Origin: a virus | Lineage: Duplodnaviria; Caudoviricetes | Virus record (IMG/VR): IMGVR_UViG_3300027787_000003 | Span: 1-59,428 of that record | Length of the DNA stretch: 59,428 bases | Direction: 5' to 3' (one strand) | In this document: in pieces, positions 37,217 through 45,972 of the stretch | Layout of the letters: every line of letters begins with the position of its first letter | Position numbering within the stretch: position 1 is the stretch's first letter | Made by a program: the position numbers and the translations under genes | The notes under the pieces: model-generated | What the model saw: only the letters and a program-made list of their open reading frames with translations | Database searches by the model: none | Told to the model about the DNA's origin: nothing

Positions 37217-37221
37217 TGTAC

Positions 37222-37593
37222 TCATGCACCGCCGTCGATGATGGCCTGAGGCTGACCGGGGTCGCGGCGACCGGAGTGGTGCCATCGCTGGCCTCGGTGG
37301 GCCATGTAGAGGGTCTGCACCGCCGCCGCGAGCGCCGCTGGCATGTACCGAATCAGCATCGCCCACAGCGAGCCGTCCAGGGCGGGGTCGCGGTCGGTGG
37401 CGGCGTCGGTGCGCGCATCGCGGCGCATGATTTCCTCGACCAGAGCACAGACCCCGCCGTACTGGTCGGCGTGGACCGGGCGGGCGACGACGTACCCGAG
37501 CGCGAACGCCAGCGCCTCGGTCGGGGTCTGGCTCAGCGGGACGCCCGTGGGTCCGGTGGCGGTCGGCTGGCGGGCTGGCAGATGATCGGTCAT
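37222..37593 (-). CDS. Hypothetical protein, probably leaderless
   Basis: ATG lies 7 nt after the -10 of promoter copy 3. Confidence 0.6.
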   Translation of the reverse strand: MTDHLPARQPTATGPTGVPLSQTPTEALAFALGYVVARPVHADQYGGVCALVEEIMRRDARTDAATDRDPALDGSLWAMLIRYMPAALAAAVQTLYMAHRGQRWHHSGRRDPGQPQAIIDGGA

Positions 37594-37600
37594 GTCGGCT

Positions 37601-37630
37601 ACACTAGCCCGACAAGGGCGGGGGAGTCAC
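37601..37630 (-). promoter_or_regulatory. SigA-like promoter with operator in flipped orientation (copy 3)
   Basis: - strand GTGACT-CCCCCGCCCTTGTCGGGC-TAGTGT. Confidence 0.7.
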
Positions 37631-37938
37631 GGTCAATCGAATCCACCAGGGACGCCGCCCCGCGCGCGTGCGCGCGTCAGGATAGTCGGCGCACCCCGAG
37701 ATTGTCAAGGGCCTTGATAATGACCTTGACAGGCTGGTTAGGCTTGCGGCGAACGCCTGGCAAGCCACCAGGTCGCTGCGCTCCCGCCCCGGTCAGGGTG
37801 GTTGAGACCGACTCCCAAGAACACGAACGGCTCTGCCGGTGACTACTCGCGCGTCGGCTGGCGCACGCGCGAGCGTCGGACGGCCACGCCACGCCGTCAC
37901 CTTGAGCAGATGACCGGCGAGGGTTAGCGTGGTTAGTT

Positions 37939-38712
37939 ATGACGACACCTCGACGCCGATCGGCCCGACCTGGGAAGGCCAAGGCTGGCCCGACGCATCA
38001 GATGACACTCGATCAGTTCGACGCCGCCCTCACCAGCGAGCACGGGCATCCGACCGGGTTCGCGGCGACAGTCCGCGAACTGGCGGTGACCCGCGCTCAG
38101 ATCAAGCAGATCGACGCCGCTCGGGCTGAGGTATTCGAGCACGTCAAGCGCGCGTACGACGTCGGTCACCGCGCCGTCGGCGGTACCGGCTACGAGCTGC
38201 GGCAGACCACGCCAGGCGAGCCGACGACGTATCGAGCGGTGGCGAGCGCGGTGTGCAAGAAGGCCGATCCCAAGGCGTGGCAGCGGGCGCAGGCTGCGAA
38301 GCGGTGGGTCCAGGTCAAGCCTCCCCCGGCGTTCGAGCTGGCCATCCCGGTCATCGACACGCCAGCCGTGCCGGACTTTCTGCCGCCTGACCAGGCCACC
38401 ATCCTGTATCGCGAGCACCCGGCGTGGAAGCGGCGGCGGTGGCTCGCTGATGACGAGGAGCGGCTGATCGGCTCGCTGGAGAAGATCGCTGCGGAGTTCG
38501 GCTGGGACGGCGGCGAGACCGACGGGCCGGTGACGTTCACCGACGGCTGGAGCGTGCAACTGCGGACACGCCAGTACTCAAGCGAGCGCCTGGCCGAGGT
38601 CGATCCGGCGCTGTTCGATCAGCTCGCCGAGGTCAAGACCAAGCAGACGCCCGCCCGCGTGGTCGTGGCCCGCGCCGAGGAGCGCGAGTGGGATGAGCTG
38701 GACGGCGAGTGA
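37939..38712 (+). CDS. Hypothetical protein
   Basis: 257 aa, first gene of the rightward accessory operon. Preceded by TTGAGC-N17-TAGCGT. Confidence 0.7.
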   Translation: MTTPRRRSARPGKAKAGPTHQMTLDQFDAALTSEHGHPTGFAATVRELAVTRAQIKQIDAARAEVFEHVKRAYDVGHRAVGGTGYELRQTTPGEPTTYRAVASAVCKKADPKAWQRAQAAKRWVQVKPPPAFELAIPVIDTPAVPDFLPPDQATILYREHPAWKRRRWLADDEERLIGSLEKIAAEFGWDGGETDGPVTFTDGWSVQLRTRQYSSERLAEVDPALFDQLAEVKTKQTPARVVVARAEEREWDELDGE

Positions 38713-38730
38713 CGGGCTAACCTTGCTGAC

Positions 38731-38982
38731 ATGACTATGCCCTCAGCCCGCGAGCGCCAGGCGGCGCGCACCATGAGCAGCCACGCCAGCCCGCGCGTCG
38801 AGCCGGTCCTGGTGCCGATCAAAATGCGCCCTGACCTGCGGCGACGGTTCAGGCTCGCCGCCGTGGAGGCCGACCTGACCTATGCCCAGCTAATCGAACG
38901 CTGGCTCGACGCCGACGCCGAGCGCATGGAACGCGCGCGGCGGCGTCAAGCCCATCCCTTCCACCGACCGGCTGAGGAGTGA
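38731..38982 (+). CDS. Ribbon-helix-helix DNA-binding protein
   Basis: VLVPIKMRPDLRRRFRLAAVEADLTYAQLIERWL pattern. Confidence 0.65.
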   Translation: MTMPSARERQAARTMSSHASPRVEPVLVPIKMRPDLRRRFRLAAVEADLTYAQLIERWLDADAERMERARRRQAHPFHRPAEE

Positions 38983-39227
38983 GCCGCCGTGACCGACGCC
39001 GCAAGGCCCGCCGACGTGGCCGGGCGCTGCCTCAGGCGGCGCTGATGGGCCTCGCCGACATGACCGACGCCGAGGTCAGGGCGCGCCTGGGCCTGGAGCC
39101 GTGCGACCGCCCGCTCACAATGGAGGAGCGGATCGAGGCGTACGCCGTCAGGGCGTTCCCCGAGCCGTTCGACCCTGAGACCGAGGGCGACCTGGAACTG
39201 CTGGACATGCGTGAGGAGGACCGATGA
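38979..39227 (+). CDS. Hypothetical protein
   Basis: GTGA overlap, 82 aa. Confidence 0.55.
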   Translation: MSRRDRRRKARRRGRALPQAALMGLADMTDAEVRARLGLEPCDRPLTMEERIEAYAVRAFPEPFDPETEGDLELLDMREEDR

Positions 39228-39460
39228 TCGAGGTCGGCACCGTGGTCCCCGAGCTGACCGAGGCTCACCGGGACGGCACGGTCTGGGCCGACGTCGATTG
39301 CGCGCTATGGACGCCCGTGCCCGACTTCTTCGGCGGCGGCTGGCTGGTGACGTCGTGGCTGCCTTTCGCGATCACCAGCCAGCACATCCATCCCGACGCG
39401 GGCGGGCGGGTCTATGGCCCGTACGTCGCCGTCGCCCCAGGCCCACAGGAGGACCGATGA
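39224..39460 (+). CDS. Hypothetical protein
   Basis: ATGA overlap, GAGGAGG RBS. Confidence 0.6.
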   Translation: MIEVGTVVPELTEAHRDGTVWADVDCALWTPVPDFFGGGWLVTSWLPFAITSQHIHPDAGGRVYGPYVAVAPGPQEDR

Positions 39461-40194
39461 CCGCAGCGATGGAACAGCCCGACGACATGGACTCAGACCT
39501 CGCCGACCTGATCGACGCCGAGCTTCTGGAGCGTCGGGTCAAGGTGATGTTCCTGAAGAACGCGGGCGGCACGCTGAAGGCGATCGCCAAGGAGTGCGGC
39601 GTGTCGATCGCCACGGTTCGCAAGGACTTGGCCATCGTGCGCCGCGACATCAACAACGAACAGCCGACCGACGTCATCGCCCGCCATCGCGCGGTGATCT
39701 TCGACATTCAGCGGGCCAACTACCCGGCGATGATGCGCGGCGACAAGGACGCGGCGGCGACGATCCTCCGCGCCCTCGATCGCGAGGCGCGGCTGCTCGG
39801 CCTCGACCAGCCGGTGAAGCTGCTGGCCGGGGTGACCAAGGAGGAGTTCGCCAACGAAGCAGCCCGACTCATCGAGCGAATCAACGCCCTCGACCCCGCC
39901 ACCCTCAAGGAGCTAGAACGTGTCCGACGACATGACGACCAGGCCATCATCGACGTCACGCCCGAACCGGCTGATGAGGATGCTCGACTGGCTGCCGAGG
40001 CTGAGCCAGCGCCAGCCGGTGACCCTGTTCCCGTCGCGGGACCGTGGCGGCTCGGCCAGCCCATCCTCGACCCGAGCGCCATCCCCGACTCGTTCTGGGA
40101 CCGATCCGAGCTATCTCGATCGGCTGGCGCTGCCGACCCAGGTGCCGGGAGTGACGCCGCTGATCCCGACGCCGACTGGTCCAACATCGACTGA
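39457..40194 (+). CDS. HTH protein, terminase small-subunit-like
   Basis: TLKAIAKECGVSIATVRKDL and GDKDAA..REARLLGLDQP. AGGAGG RBS before ATG 39457. Confidence 0.6.
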   Translation: MTAAMEQPDDMDSDLADLIDAELLERRVKVMFLKNAGGTLKAIAKECGVSIATVRKDLAIVRRDINNEQPTDVIARHRAVIFDIQRANYPAMMRGDKDAAATILRALDREARLLGLDQPVKLLAGVTKEEFANEAARLIERINALDPATLKELERVRRHDDQAIIDVTPEPADEDARLAAEAEPAPAGDPVPVAGPWRLGQPILDPSAIPDSFWDRSELSRSAGAADPGAGSDAADPDADWSNID

Positions 40195-40762
40195 GTGCGG
40201 GTGCCCGCCTGACCCGATGGGCTTCGACTGCGAGCACGATAACGCCCTGGCCACCCATAGCGCCGAGCTGGTCGAGCGCCATCGGGTGACGCTGCCCGAG
40301 GGCGCGACCGACGACAACGTGGCGGCGGCGCGCCTGGTGGCCGAGAGCTACGCCGAGGCTCACGGGTTCGAGATACGGCCAGGGTCGTTCTCGGTGATCG
40401 CCTCCCAGGGCGGGTACCTGGGCGTGGCGTTCGACGTGACCGTGGGCCGGGGCGACATCGCCCTGGACCAGCGCGTCCCCGGCGTGCTCGACTGCTGGAC
40501 CTGGAGCGGGCCTCGGCTCGAATGGTGGCGGCGCATCTTCAACCGAGCCGACGGGCGTCAGGGCCGACGCCTGGCCGCTCGCGACGACGTGGCCGGGCGG
40601 GTTCTCCCTGGCCCGTGGGGAGGTGCTGACGCGCTGCGCGGGCCAGACCGCCCGAGCGCCAAGGTTCAGGCGGCGATGGGCGTCGGCGTCGGCGGCTGCA
40701 CATGCCACCTGGGAGGGCCGTTCGTTGACATTTGCCCGGTCCACTTCGAGGCCGATCGCTGA
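40151..40762 (+). CDS. Hypothetical protein (start uncertain, 40151 or 40217)
   Basis: 3' part of ORF 39920-40762. CxC..CxxH-type motifs at both ends. Confidence 0.5.
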   Translation: MTPLIPTPTGPTSTECGCPPDPMGFDCEHDNALATHSAELVERHRVTLPEGATDDNVAAARLVAESYAEAHGFEIRPGSFSVIASQGGYLGVAFDVTVGRGDIALDQRVPGVLDCWTWSGPRLEWWRRIFNRADGRQGRRLAARDDVAGRVLPGPWGGADALRGPDRPSAKVQAAMGVGVGGCTCHLGGPFVDICPVHFEADR

Positions 40763-40765
40763 GGC

Positions 40766-41068
40766 GTGAGCTACCCTGGCGACGTGTCAGACCTCGGCCT
40801 ACTTCAGCAACAGCGACCCGAGCGCGGCCCGACCGCCGATCAGGTGGCGATGTCGCTGGCCCAGGAGGGCGTGCGGCTCGCCGATATGTTCCCTGATCAG
40901 CGCCGCGCCGTGGTCACCTGGCTCCGCAACGAAGCCGGAAAGCTCTACTGGCGCGCTCAGGGCGTGATGGCCACCGACGTCGCCCAGGCCGAGGCGTGGC
41001 TGGGCATGAGCCACCAGCTCACCGCCAAGGCCGACGACATCGCCGCCGAGCTGGAGGCGAGCGCGTGA
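40766..41068 (+). CDS. Hypothetical protein
   Basis: 100 aa within the operon. Confidence 0.6.
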   Translation: MSYPGDVSDLGLLQQQRPERGPTADQVAMSLAQEGVRLADMFPDQRRAVVTWLRNEAGKLYWRAQGVMATDVAQAEAWLGMSHQLTAKADDIAAELEASA

Positions 41069-41784
41069 CCGAGCGGGCGACCGGGCGGCTGGTCCAGCAC
41101 GATCCTCAGTCGAGGGCCTACGCCGCGCCGAGGCGGGCGCTGCGCCCGGCGAGCTGGCTTCACCCGATGGGTCCGGTGCTCGATCAGGGCCAGCTCAACG
41201 GCTGCACCGGCTTCGCAGCGGCGAACTGGCTCAATAGCTCGCGCGCCCTGGTCGCCCGCGCCCGCTGGAATCGCCTGGTCATGGAGCGCGACCGCAGCTA
41301 CCTCGACGGCCAGGACGCGACCTCGATCTACAGCCAGGCGACCAAGGCCGACCCGTTCAAATGGACCTGGCCACCGACTGACGGCGGCTCCTCGGGCCTG
41401 GGCGTGGCCAAGGCGCTTAAGGCGGCGGGCGTGATCGACGCCTACCTGTGGACGTTCAGCTTCGATCAGATGCTCGCCCAGGGTCAGGTTCAGCCCGTGC
41501 TGGTCGGCACGATCTGGACCGAGGCGATGGGCGACCCCGACTCCAAGGGCGTGATCCACCTCGGCTCGGAGCGCCAGATCAAGTCCGCCCTCGACGGCGG
41601 CATGGGCCACGAATGGGTGCTTCGCGGCGTCCGCTGGGACCGCAAGCTCGCCCGCATCCGCAATCAGTGGTCGTCGGACTGGGGCATCAACGGCGAGGCG
41701 CTGATCCCGCTGGCCGAGCTTGAACGCGCCGTCATCGACTACCAGGGCGACGTCATGGTGCCTCAGATCGCGAGCGCGGCGTGA
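41065..41784 (+). CDS. Papain-like (C1A) cysteine peptidase
   Basis: VLDQGQLNGCTG (Gln + catalytic Cys), GH, RNQWSSDWGING. GTGA overlap, GGAGG RBS. Confidence 0.85.
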   Translation: MTERATGRLVQHDPQSRAYAAPRRALRPASWLHPMGPVLDQGQLNGCTGFAAANWLNSSRALVARARWNRLVMERDRSYLDGQDATSIYSQATKADPFKWTWPPTDGGSSGLGVAKALKAAGVIDAYLWTFSFDQMLAQGQVQPVLVGTIWTEAMGDPDSKGVIHLGSERQIKSALDGGMGHEWVLRGVRWDRKLARIRNQWSSDWGINGEALIPLAELERAVIDYQGDVMVPQIASAA

Positions 41785-41915
41785 GCCGCCAGGGCGTTCT
41801 GGTCGCCGTGGCGATCGCGGCGGCGGTGACGGTCGGGCTGATCCTGGCCGACCTGGGCGTGAGCGTGGCGGCGCTTCACGTCGCCGACCGCTGCGCCGTC
41901 GGGGAGCACCCGTGA
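41781..41915 (+). CDS. 44-aa membrane peptide (not in the ORF track)
   Basis: MSRQGVLVAVAIAAAVTVGLILADLGVSVAALHVADRCAVGEHP. GTGA overlaps at both ends. Confidence 0.6.
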   Translation: MSRQGVLVAVAIAAAVTVGLILADLGVSVAALHVADRCAVGEHP

Positions 41916-42523
41916 CCTCAGCCCGCGACGAGGACACCGAACGCTGGTCGCCCGATGACCTGCTGATCCCCGCCGTGCTGGCTGGCTCGCGCACCACGAT
42001 GGCCGACCTCTCAGGCGCGGATCGGGCCTGGGTGGTTGTGGGTCTCTACTACGACGAAGGGCTGACCGCCGAGGCCATCGCCGAACGGCTCGATTGCTCG
42101 GTGCGGCTGGTGCGGGCGATCGCCGCCGAGGCGACCGGCCAGGTCATGCGGACCTACCGTGACACGATCGACGCCGCCGACATGACTCACCGCATGGTCC
42201 AGGCCGAGGTGGCGCGCCTGAGCCGCGAGCTGGCCGAGGCCCAACAGGCAGCGGTGCGCTACGCCGCTCAGCGCGACCGGCTGCTGACTCAGGTGATGGC
42301 CAAGGGTCCAGTGTTCGGGTGCGGGTGCCCCAAGACGAAGTACAACACCTACACCCATCCCCGCACCGGCAAGGAGTCGTGTCGCGAGCACCATCGCCTG
42401 GCCCAGGCGGCGTACCGCGAGCGCGTCAAGGCGTCACGGCGCGGGTACACAATGGTCTCGGAGGTGGTCGATCATGGCAGCACGGAAGGGTCGGCGCGGG
42501 CCGACGTCAGCCAAGCGGGGTAG
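41912..42523 (+). CDS. HTH + coiled-coil + Cys/His zinc-finger protein
   Basis: GLTAEAIAERLDCSVRLVRAI, CGC..CREH. Confidence 0.7.
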   Translation: MTSARDEDTERWSPDDLLIPAVLAGSRTTMADLSGADRAWVVVGLYYDEGLTAEAIAERLDCSVRLVRAIAAEATGQVMRTYRDTIDAADMTHRMVQAEVARLSRELAEAQQAAVRYAAQRDRLLTQVMAKGPVFGCGCPKTKYNTYTHPRTGKESCREHHRLAQAAYRERVKASRRGYTMVSEVVDHGSTEGSARADVSQAG

Positions 42524-42806
42524 TCGGCGCTCCCTGGGGCGCTCAGCGCCCAAGATCGCCCGTTCTCGCTCCGCTGGCACCGTCGCCCTCAGCGCCCGCT
42601 CGGGCGGGGTCGGCCAGTTCGCCCGGCGCGGCGGCGGTTATCGCGGCTTCAAGTCGAAGAAGCAGTGGCGCTGGGCCTGGGCCACGCACCAGCCCTGGGC
42701 GCGCAAGAAGTCCCACGAAACCAAGGGCGGGCCGAAGGTCAGGTACCGCCGCCTCCCCGCCTCCAAGCACAGCGGCCACAAGGGCGGTCCCGCGCCGAGG
42801 GCGTGA
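42474..42806 (+). CDS. Very basic small protein
   Basis: Arg/Lys-rich, FKSKKQWRWAWAT. GGAGG RBS upstream. Confidence 0.65.
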   Translation: MAARKGRRGPTSAKRGSRRSLGRSAPKIARSRSAGTVALSARSGGVGQFARRGGGYRGFKSKKQWRWAWATHQPWARKKSHETKGGPKVRYRRLPASKHSGHKGGPAPRA

Positions 42807-42817
42807 TACCTCGGTCA

Positions 42818-42991
42818 TCACGGTTCTGGAAGCTCGATCGCCTCAGGCAGACACGCCCGGCAGGCGTACAGGTCGCCGAGCCAGCGCATGTCCGAGCGGT
42901 AGCGCGTCAGCCCGCATCGGGGACACCAGTCCGCCGCGCCCGAGGCGCACGCCGCCAGGCCCGCCTCCAAGACGATCGACTTACCAGCCAT
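42818..42991 (-). CDS. Small zinc-finger protein
   Basis: CPRC..CRAC. Start inferred at 42991. Confidence 0.5.
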   Translation of the reverse strand: MAGKSIVLEAGLAACASGAADWCPRCGLTRYRSDMRWLGDLYACRACLPEAIELPEP

Positions 42992-43385
42992 CGGCGCGGG
43001 CCTCCTCGACGCCGACCGGGCAGTCCCCGGCGTGACCGGCGCGGCGGCTGGCCCAGAACTCCACGCCACACGACCGGCAGAACCCGTCAGCGTCGTACGG
43101 GTCGGCGGCAGCGCGCAGCGCGGCCATCACCCGCTGACCCTCGCGGTGCGAGCAGGTTGGACAGTGTGGCCTGATGTTCGAGCGGATGTACCGGCCTCCC
43201 TGGTGGGCGGGCACGATCCGATCGACGTGGATGGTGCGGTCGCTGACCATCGCCCCGCACTCCCAGCACGGCACCTTGACGCCATCGCCGCCGAACCCCG
43301 AGGCCGGGCTGAGCAGCCACGCCCGCCGCGCCCGGCGGTCGTAGCTCGACCCTCGATCGTTACCGTTGGGCATCAGGCGGGCCAT
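42981..43385 (-). CDS. HNH endonuclease
   Basis: CWECG..HVDRIVPAHQGGRY..NIRPHCPTCS. Confidence 0.85.
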   Translation of the reverse strand: MARLMPNGNDRGSSYDRRARRAWLLSPASGFGGDGVKVPCWECGAMVSDRTIHVDRIVPAHQGGRYIRSNIRPHCPTCSHREGQRVMAALRAAADPYDADGFCRSCGVEFWASRRAGHAGDCPVGVEEARADGW

Positions 43386-43782
43386 CGACCACGCTCGGCG
43401 CGCACCAGCCCTTCGGCCTGGTCCGGTGGAGCTGGGGCGAGTTCTTGGCCCGCTGGCCCGTGTCGTGCTCGGCCTGGCGGCGCTCCTCGATCGACCAGCG
43501 CGCCTCGGGAAAGGCTCGCCTGAGCTGGTCCTTCGAGCACCCGAGCGTGCGGGCGACCTCGTTTCGCGAGCACCCGTCAGCCAGCAAGGTCTCGGCGCGG
43601 GCGAGCTGGGCGGTCGTCAGCGGCGGCATGTGGGCGGTCTGGTCGATGCCGTGGGCCTTCTTGACCCGGCGCACAATCTCAGGCGAACACCTCACCACCC
43701 GAGCGATGCGCGCGGTCGGGACGAACAGCTTGGCCAGGCGCACGATTTCGGCGTCCCTGGCCTCCTGGTCGCGGCGCTTCAT
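43360..43782 (-). CDS. Double-HTH DNA-binding protein
   Basis: TARIARVVRCSPEIVRRV and SRNEVARTLGCSKDQLRR. Confidence 0.7.
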   Translation of the reverse strand: MKRRDQEARDAEIVRLAKLFVPTARIARVVRCSPEIVRRVKKAHGIDQTAHMPPLTTAQLARAETLLADGCSRNEVARTLGCSKDQLRRAFPEARWSIEERRQAEHDTGQRAKNSPQLHRTRPKGWCAPSVVDGPPDAQR

Positions 43783-44138
43783 GGTCGCTCATCCTGCCTG
43801 ACGTCGCCCGCGCCCTCGCGCGAACACTCCGGCCACAGCTCCCTCAGATTGCAGCGGTTGTAGACCGCCTGGTCCACCTCGACCGTGCCGGTCCAGTCTG
43901 GGTTGTTCAGGTCGCGAACGGTGACGTCCCACCGCTCGGGCCAGAAGATCGGATAGCCCGGCGAGCTGATGCACACGGGCGGGTTTCCCGAACACGACGT
44001 CGTGCCCGGCATCCACTGCATCCACGCTGGCGTGTAGTCGGCGTCGATCACCAGCCCGTGCTCGGGCACCCGAGGCGTGTCCTCGCCGCACCCGGCCACG
44101 CTGAGCGCGACCAGGGCGGCGACGACGGCGCGTTTCAT
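43779..44138 (-). CDS. Lipoprotein
   Basis: MKR + hydrophobic core + VAGC lipobox. Confidence 0.75.
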   Translation of the reverse strand: MKRAVVAALVALSVAGCGEDTPRVPEHGLVIDADYTPAWMQWMPGTTSCSGNPPVCISSPGYPIFWPERWDVTVRDLNNPDWTGTVEVDQAVYNRCNLRELWPECSREGAGDVRQDERP

Positions 44139-44350
44139 CGGTCGGCCTCGCCGGTCAGGCCCAGCGCCTCGCGCATCGACCTGGCCGACTCAAGCAGCCG
44201 CGCCGCTTCGTCGGTGCCGTGCTCGCCGATCAGCCCGGCCACCATCGCATCGGTCGCAATGTCGAGGCGGGCGTTCAACTGGTCCATCGCCGTCTTGAAC
44301 TCGCTGACGGTCTCGGCGACGTCCCCCAGACCCTTCGGCAAACCCATCAT
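44135..44350 (-). CDS. Hypothetical protein
   Basis: Start 44350 with GGGGAGG RBS and ATGA overlap. Confidence 0.6.
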   Translation of the reverse strand: MMGLPKGLGDVAETVSEFKTAMDQLNARLDIATDAMVAGLIGEHGTDEAARLLESARSMREALGLTGEADR

Positions 44351-44628
44351 CCTGCGTACCTCCCCTTCGTGTCGATGTTGAGACCGCGCCGCCTGAGCCG
44401 CGCGATGTCGTTCTGCGTCGAGCGGTGATCGCTCGGCGTCGAGGCCAGCCCGCCGATGTACTCGCCATCGAGGTAGACCTTCCAGTGCCCGTCGCGGTTG
44501 CGACACGGCACGACCTCGCCGCCTGCGCGCTCGATGGCGTCGAGGAGCTTGCGAACCTCCTTGCTCTTGCCCCGGCGGCGCGAGCTTGACCCTGGGACAG
44601 GCCCAGGGCGCTCGCGGTCGCTCAGCAC
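44347..44628 (-). CDS. HicA-like protein
   Basis: KEVRKLLDAIERAG..GHWKV..TPSDHRS..N..ARLRRRG. Confidence 0.65.
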   Translation of the reverse strand: MLSDRERPGPVPGSSSRRRGKSKEVRKLLDAIERAGGEVVPCRNRDGHWKVYLDGEYIGGLASTPSDHRSTQNDIARLRRRGLNIDTKGRYAG

Positions 44629-44933
44629 CAGAACCGCCCGGCGTGACGGACGATCGAGACCGATTCGCCCTCGGCCATGACGTCGAGGTACCCCTTCAGG
44701 TCGCGGAGCTGCTGTTCTTCCAGCCTCAGCACCTCGACGTCGCGGAACAGGTTGATCGACGCCGCCAGGCCGGTGCGGATGTTCTCGGCCTCGATCACCT
44801 GGTAGGTCTCGACCGTCCGCACGGTGCGGATCGCCTTGACCACGTAGGCGTCGGCCTCCAGCGTGCGGAGCGAGCCGCGCGAGCGGTACACGTCGCCGAC
44901 TTCGAGGTCTGCGGCGGGGATGAGCGTGCTCAC
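44622..44933 (-). CDS. Hypothetical protein
   Basis: 103 aa, IPAADLEVGD start. Confidence 0.6.
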   Translation of the reverse strand: MSTLIPAADLEVGDVYRSRGSLRTLEADAYVVKAIRTVRTVETYQVIEAENIRTGLAASINLFRDVEVLRLEEQQLRDLKGYLDVMAEGESVSIVRHAGRFWC

Positions 44934-45091
44934 GCGAACACCGCCTGGGGGAACCCGGCGATGCCGCCTGCGGCCTCGACCTCGCGCATGAACGCCCAGG
45001 CCCGCGCCCGGTCGCTGATCTGGCAGACCTGCGGCTGACGGCTGGCGTCGGCCCGGTACTGCACGGTGTAGTGAGTGATGCGGCGAGCCAT
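44930..45091 (-). CDS. 53-aa hypothetical protein (not in the ORF track)
   Basis: MARRITHYTVQY..GFPQAVFA. GAGGAG RBS and GTGA overlap with the next gene. Confidence 0.65.
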   Translation of the reverse strand: MARRITHYTVQYRADASRQPQVCQISDRARAWAFMREVEAAGGIAGFPQAVFA

Positions 45092-45166
45092 GATCGGCTC
45101 CTCTCTGGCGGGCGATCCCGCCGGGGAAGGGGACCGGGGCGGAAGGCCCGCCCCGGTCGGGGATGG

Positions 45167-45454
45167 TCAGGCGACGTGCTCGAAAATCCAGTCGTTCAGC
45201 TCGTCCTCGACGGCGAGGGGCAGGCCCTCCCAGGCGACCACGATGCGCTCGCCGCTGGCGATCGCGTGGCCCTTGACGAACCGATCGGTGATCTGGTCCC
45301 AGGCGACCGCGCCGAGGCCGACCTTTGCGGCCCAGCGGCTCGCCTCGATCATGCCGTTCAACAGACCTGCTTCGATGGTGTCCTCGGGCGTGGCCCAGAA
45401 CGCGCCGTCCTTGTGGCTGACGTTGATCGCGCGCTGCGTGGTGGTTGTGGCCAT
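45167..45454 (-). CDS. Hypothetical protein
   Basis: AGGAG RBS, downstream of promoter copy 4. Confidence 0.7.
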   Translation of the reverse strand: MATTTTQRAINVSHKDGAFWATPEDTIEAGLLNGMIEASRWAAKVGLGAVAWDQITDRFVKGHAIASGERIVVAWEGLPLAVEDELNDWIFEHVA

Positions 45455-45502
45455 GATGGTCTCCTATCGGTTGTGGCGGCTGACCGCCGGGCTGATGTGA
45501 CT

Positions 45503-45532
45503 ACATTAACCCGCCTTAGTCGGGTTTGTCAA
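45503..45532 (-). promoter_or_regulatory. SigA-like promoter with operator (copy 4)
   Basis: - strand TTGACA-AACCCGACTAAGGCGGGT-TAATGT. Confidence 0.85.
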
Positions 45533-45556
45533 ACCCTCCTAGCTGGCAATTTGCGA

Positions 45557-45736
45557 TTACTTTTGCGTGACCACCCGGCGGCGCAGCTCATCTGGGCGCA
45601 GTTCATGTCGGCGGACCAGCCCGTCGGCCTTCTGCTCGAACCGCCGACCGCACCGGGGACAGGTCGCCTTGCCGCGCCAGACACGCCCTGGAGGCCCGTC
45701 TGAGCCGGGGCAGCGGTCACCAGCCGCGCGGGTCAC
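45557..45736 (-). CDS. Small zinc-binding protein
   Basis: CPGS..CPRCGR..H. GTGA overlap at 45736. Confidence 0.55.
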   Translation of the reverse strand: MTRAAGDRCPGSDGPPGRVWRGKATCPRCGRRFEQKADGLVRRHELRPDELRRRVVTQK

Positions 45737-45972
45737 TCCGCACCTACCTCCGAACCGCTCAGCGCCAGCGAGGCGAACTGGCCAGCGCCGCCAGCCCAGA
45801 CCGGGCGGGCCTTGTCCCACGGCGCGGGCAAGTACCCGCCTCGGGTCAGCCAGCCGTCGAGCGCGTCGAACAGCTCCCCGGCCCGCTCGACGTCGGCATG
45901 GGTCAGCCGGTGATCGGCTCGGACGCGGGCGGCGATGGCCCTCAGCTCATCGAGGGCGGCGTTCGGGTCCAT
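45733..45972 (-). CDS. Hypothetical protein
   Basis: MDPNAAL..LDGWLTRGGYLP, a motif common in actinophage early genes. Confidence 0.7.
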   Translation of the reverse strand: MDPNAALDELRAIAARVRADHRLTHADVERAGELFDALDGWLTRGGYLPAPWDKARPVWAGGAGQFASLALSGSEVGAE

